The translations under genes were made by a program, and so were the position numbers. DNA of 64,000 nt from Leucoraja erinacea (Eukaryota), in NCBI RefSeq assembly GCF_028641065.1, contig NC_073400.1, positions 29,450,001 through 29,514,000 on the forward strand, in the 5' to 3' direction. A model generated the notes under the pieces. That model was not told the origin of the DNA and did no database searches. It saw only the letters and a program-made list of their open reading frames with translations. This document shows, in pieces, positions 61,801 through 64,000 of the stretch; within the stretch, counting starts at the first letter, position 1; each line of letters begins with the position of its first letter.

Positions 61801-63945
61801 ACCTGACTCTCAGGCTGCAGAAGGCTCTCGACCCGATTCTTCACCCATTCCTTCTCTCGAGAGATGCTGCCTGCCCTGCATAGTTACGATAGCATTTTGT
61901 GTCTATCTTAAAGGGATCGTAATTAATTTTCGCCTGCATTGAACAGGGTTATTCGCACGCTGGTCTTCATCAGTGAGAACATTCAGAACATAATTTGAGA
62001 TAATATGCTTCAGACGTGCAGATGTTGAGTCAACATATTGGGAATTGTGTTCAGCTTTAGTCCCTCAGCTCCTAGAAAAGTGCCGTTGAGGTGGACAGCG
62101 TGCAGAAAGGTTTTAGGGCGACGCTGCCTGGACAGGATGGGATTGACGCAGGGAGCGATTGGACAAACTCAGACTTCATTCCTTGGTGTGGAAATGATTG
62201 AGCGAGGAACTTATAGAAATGTATCAATCACGAGAAGCATGTTCATTTTCCCACGATGTGTGGGATGAGGAAGTGGAGGACAGGGGTAATGGGGACTATT
62301 TAAAGAGGGGAGAATAGTAAGGTGTCACTTACTGTAATGGCATGTTTTGTACAGATGAGTGGCCGAAGCTGAACACAATTCGCCCAAGTTCGACCTCAAC
62401 AACATATGTACAACTGAAACATAACATCCCAACTTCTGTTCTGAGGGACAACATTGTCCACACATTGGGTGATATTTATATGGAACCTGCTGCCAGAGGA
62501 GGTTGTTGAGGCAGTTAGAATAATAGCAGTTAAGATGCATTTTGGACAGTTGCGTAGATTTGGGATCATTGCGAGTGATAAGGGAGAAACATGGACACAA
62601 GGAAATGGCCCAGAAAGACATGTTGGTCGGCATGAATGAGCTGTTGTGATGGGCATCTTTCGGTTCTCTATAACTCTAACCTTCTTCGGTTTCTGGGCTT
62701 CACACACTCACAGAGATGTGGATGAGCCGGTGAGATGTGAACCGGACGGTTCGGGCTGAGATAAAGGGCTGCTGAGATTTAGCACGTGTTTGGTTTTGAA
62801 CTGTTCATACAGGTGACTGAATGTTTGCTCCATTCCCACAGAACCCGTGTCTGCTCCTGTGCTCAGATATCTGTCACCAGCAAATGCCTCACGTCTCGGA
62901 GGCTCAGTGTCAGTGTCCTGTGCGTCTGCCAGTGGATCCCTTCCCATCCATTACACATGGTGTGAGAAGAACGAGCATCGGTGGTCAACGATCTTGTCTG
63001 GCAATCAACTGGATCTGAGTTGTGAAATCCTCGCCGGCCAACATCGTCAATATTACTGCACAGCCTCAAATAATCTTGGGACAAAACCGAGTGAAATACT
63101 CAACGTGAAAGTCTTCAAAGGAGAAGGAATGTGCAGTTATGTGACAGAAATGAACAATGCAGGTGAGTGTTAACTCATTCACCCTTGGGTGAACCATTCA
63201 CCAGTTTAAGAAGCACTGGCCTAGGCCACAGTTTCGCTGAACACTTGTGCTTGGTCTGTCGTGACCCAGAATCGCGCTTGAAAGACACCCCATTCTCAAC
63301 CTCCCCTGCTGATGCAGAGCAGCAGCAGTTTACACCATCTGCACGATGCACTGCAGCAACTCACCAAGACTCCCTAGACAGCGCCTTCCAATTGCAACAG
63401 GCTCCGTGTTCAATGCATTATTTTTCACCATTCACACCCACATTGGCTGGGAAGCGCTTTTGGAACGACCTGTACAGGTGGTGAGGGATAGTGTACAGTA
63501 TCTGTCTCTCATCGCAATCTAGGTGGAATTCAACACAGCTAAGAAAATGATTGGGCGGAGTCCCTTGTATACTAGAATGTGTATGTTTGTGAAAGGCTAA
63601 TTTTGCTCTTCAATTTATCAAAGATGCTTCCTTTAGTTTCAGGTGCACTATGGGCTGAGAGCGAAGTAAGAGGGGTTCTGGGAAGAGCGATCACAATCGA
63701 TTGTCACTATGCAGCAGTGTACCGCTCACACACAAAATACTGGTGCCGTGGGACAAGTCGCCAGTGTACACATGTGGGTGAAACAAATGGGAAGAGCGGA
63801 AGAGCGTCATTCACAGATAACCCGGCACGAGGAATATTTACTGTGACTGTGGAGGATCTTCACTCTGCTGATACAGGATGGTACAGTTGTGGAATTACTG
63901 CACCTGGCGAACCAACATTTAAAGTATATCTCCAAATATCTGAAG
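58861..63945 (+). CDS. Gene E (5' part): inverted paralogue of gene A. Exons 58861-58897, 60265-60579, 62842-63162, 63643-63945; continues beyond the window
   Basis: Leader MWIPILLISSLP (an in-frame upstream ATG lies at 58849); V, C2 and V exons with canonical splice sites. Confidence 0.88.
60265..60579 (+). CDS. Gene E Ig V exon 1
   Basis: tttcag/gtacgt, 315 nt. Confidence 0.92.
60985..61910 (+). mobile_element. Penelope-like element fragment in a gene E intron
   Basis: GETKRRLGDRFAEQLRSV (GIY-YIG-like) at about 61354-61407; RKLEEQRLIFRLGSLQPSGLNIDF C-terminus; absent from the paralogous gene A intron. Confidence 0.7.
62842..63162 (+). CDS. Gene E Ig C2-type exon
   Basis: cccacag/gtgagt, 321 nt; paralogue of 7757-8077. 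Confidence 0.92.
63643..63945 (+). CDS. Gene E Ig V exon 2
   Basis: tttcag/gtaggt, 303 nt (9 nt shorter than its paralogue 6192-6503, frame preserved). Confidence 0.9.
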
Positions 63946-64000
63946 GTAGGTTTCTCAATGAGTGACTTTATGTCTCCACTTTGGCAACTCATAAAACATT

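Noticed and set aside
6192-63945. Rearranging Ig/TCR-type locus (V segments with RSS)
   Set aside because: Each V exon is a complete domain including the G strand and ends in a splice donor. I found no CACAGTG/ACAAAAACC pair flanking it. The internal TACTGTG simply encodes FTV and lacks a spaced nonamer.

Overview
Vertebrate genomic DNA, very probably a cartilaginous fish (skate/ray), inferred from the HE1-like SINE and HER1/CR1-like LINE content and the gene family. The window holds a cluster of Ig-superfamily immune-type receptors built from CD300/pIgR/TREM-like V domains (extra WC-x6-C disulfide) alternating with C2-type domains. They best match the skate modular domain immune-type receptors (MDIR). 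I built exon models by hand from GT/AG sites with consistent phases. Gene A (minus, 644-15057): leader-(V-C2)x3-stalk-TM with K/R in the TM, so activating-type; its 3' end is not seen in the window. Gene B (minus, 23405-34531): complete L-V-C2-stalk-TM-tail with 2 ITIMs and a third Tyr motif, so inhibitory. Gene C (plus, 40076-44229): leader, stalk and charged-TM exons are intact and in frame, but both Ig exons are missing. Gene D (plus, 45064-54026): L-V-C2-stalk-TM, with the ITIM tail lost to a frameshift and stops. Gene E (plus, from 58861): inverted paralogue of A, cut by the window end. Also present: degenerate TM/tail exon relics, a 5'-truncated antisense U6 retrocopy, a non-autonomous Helitron, Penelope-like fragments with minimal hammerhead-ribozyme motifs, CR1/Rex1/Tx1-like LINE fragments, many SINEs and two assembly gaps. 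Most ORFs in the supplied track are spurious or are exon read-throughs. Family and repeat names are recalled from memory, not from database searches.
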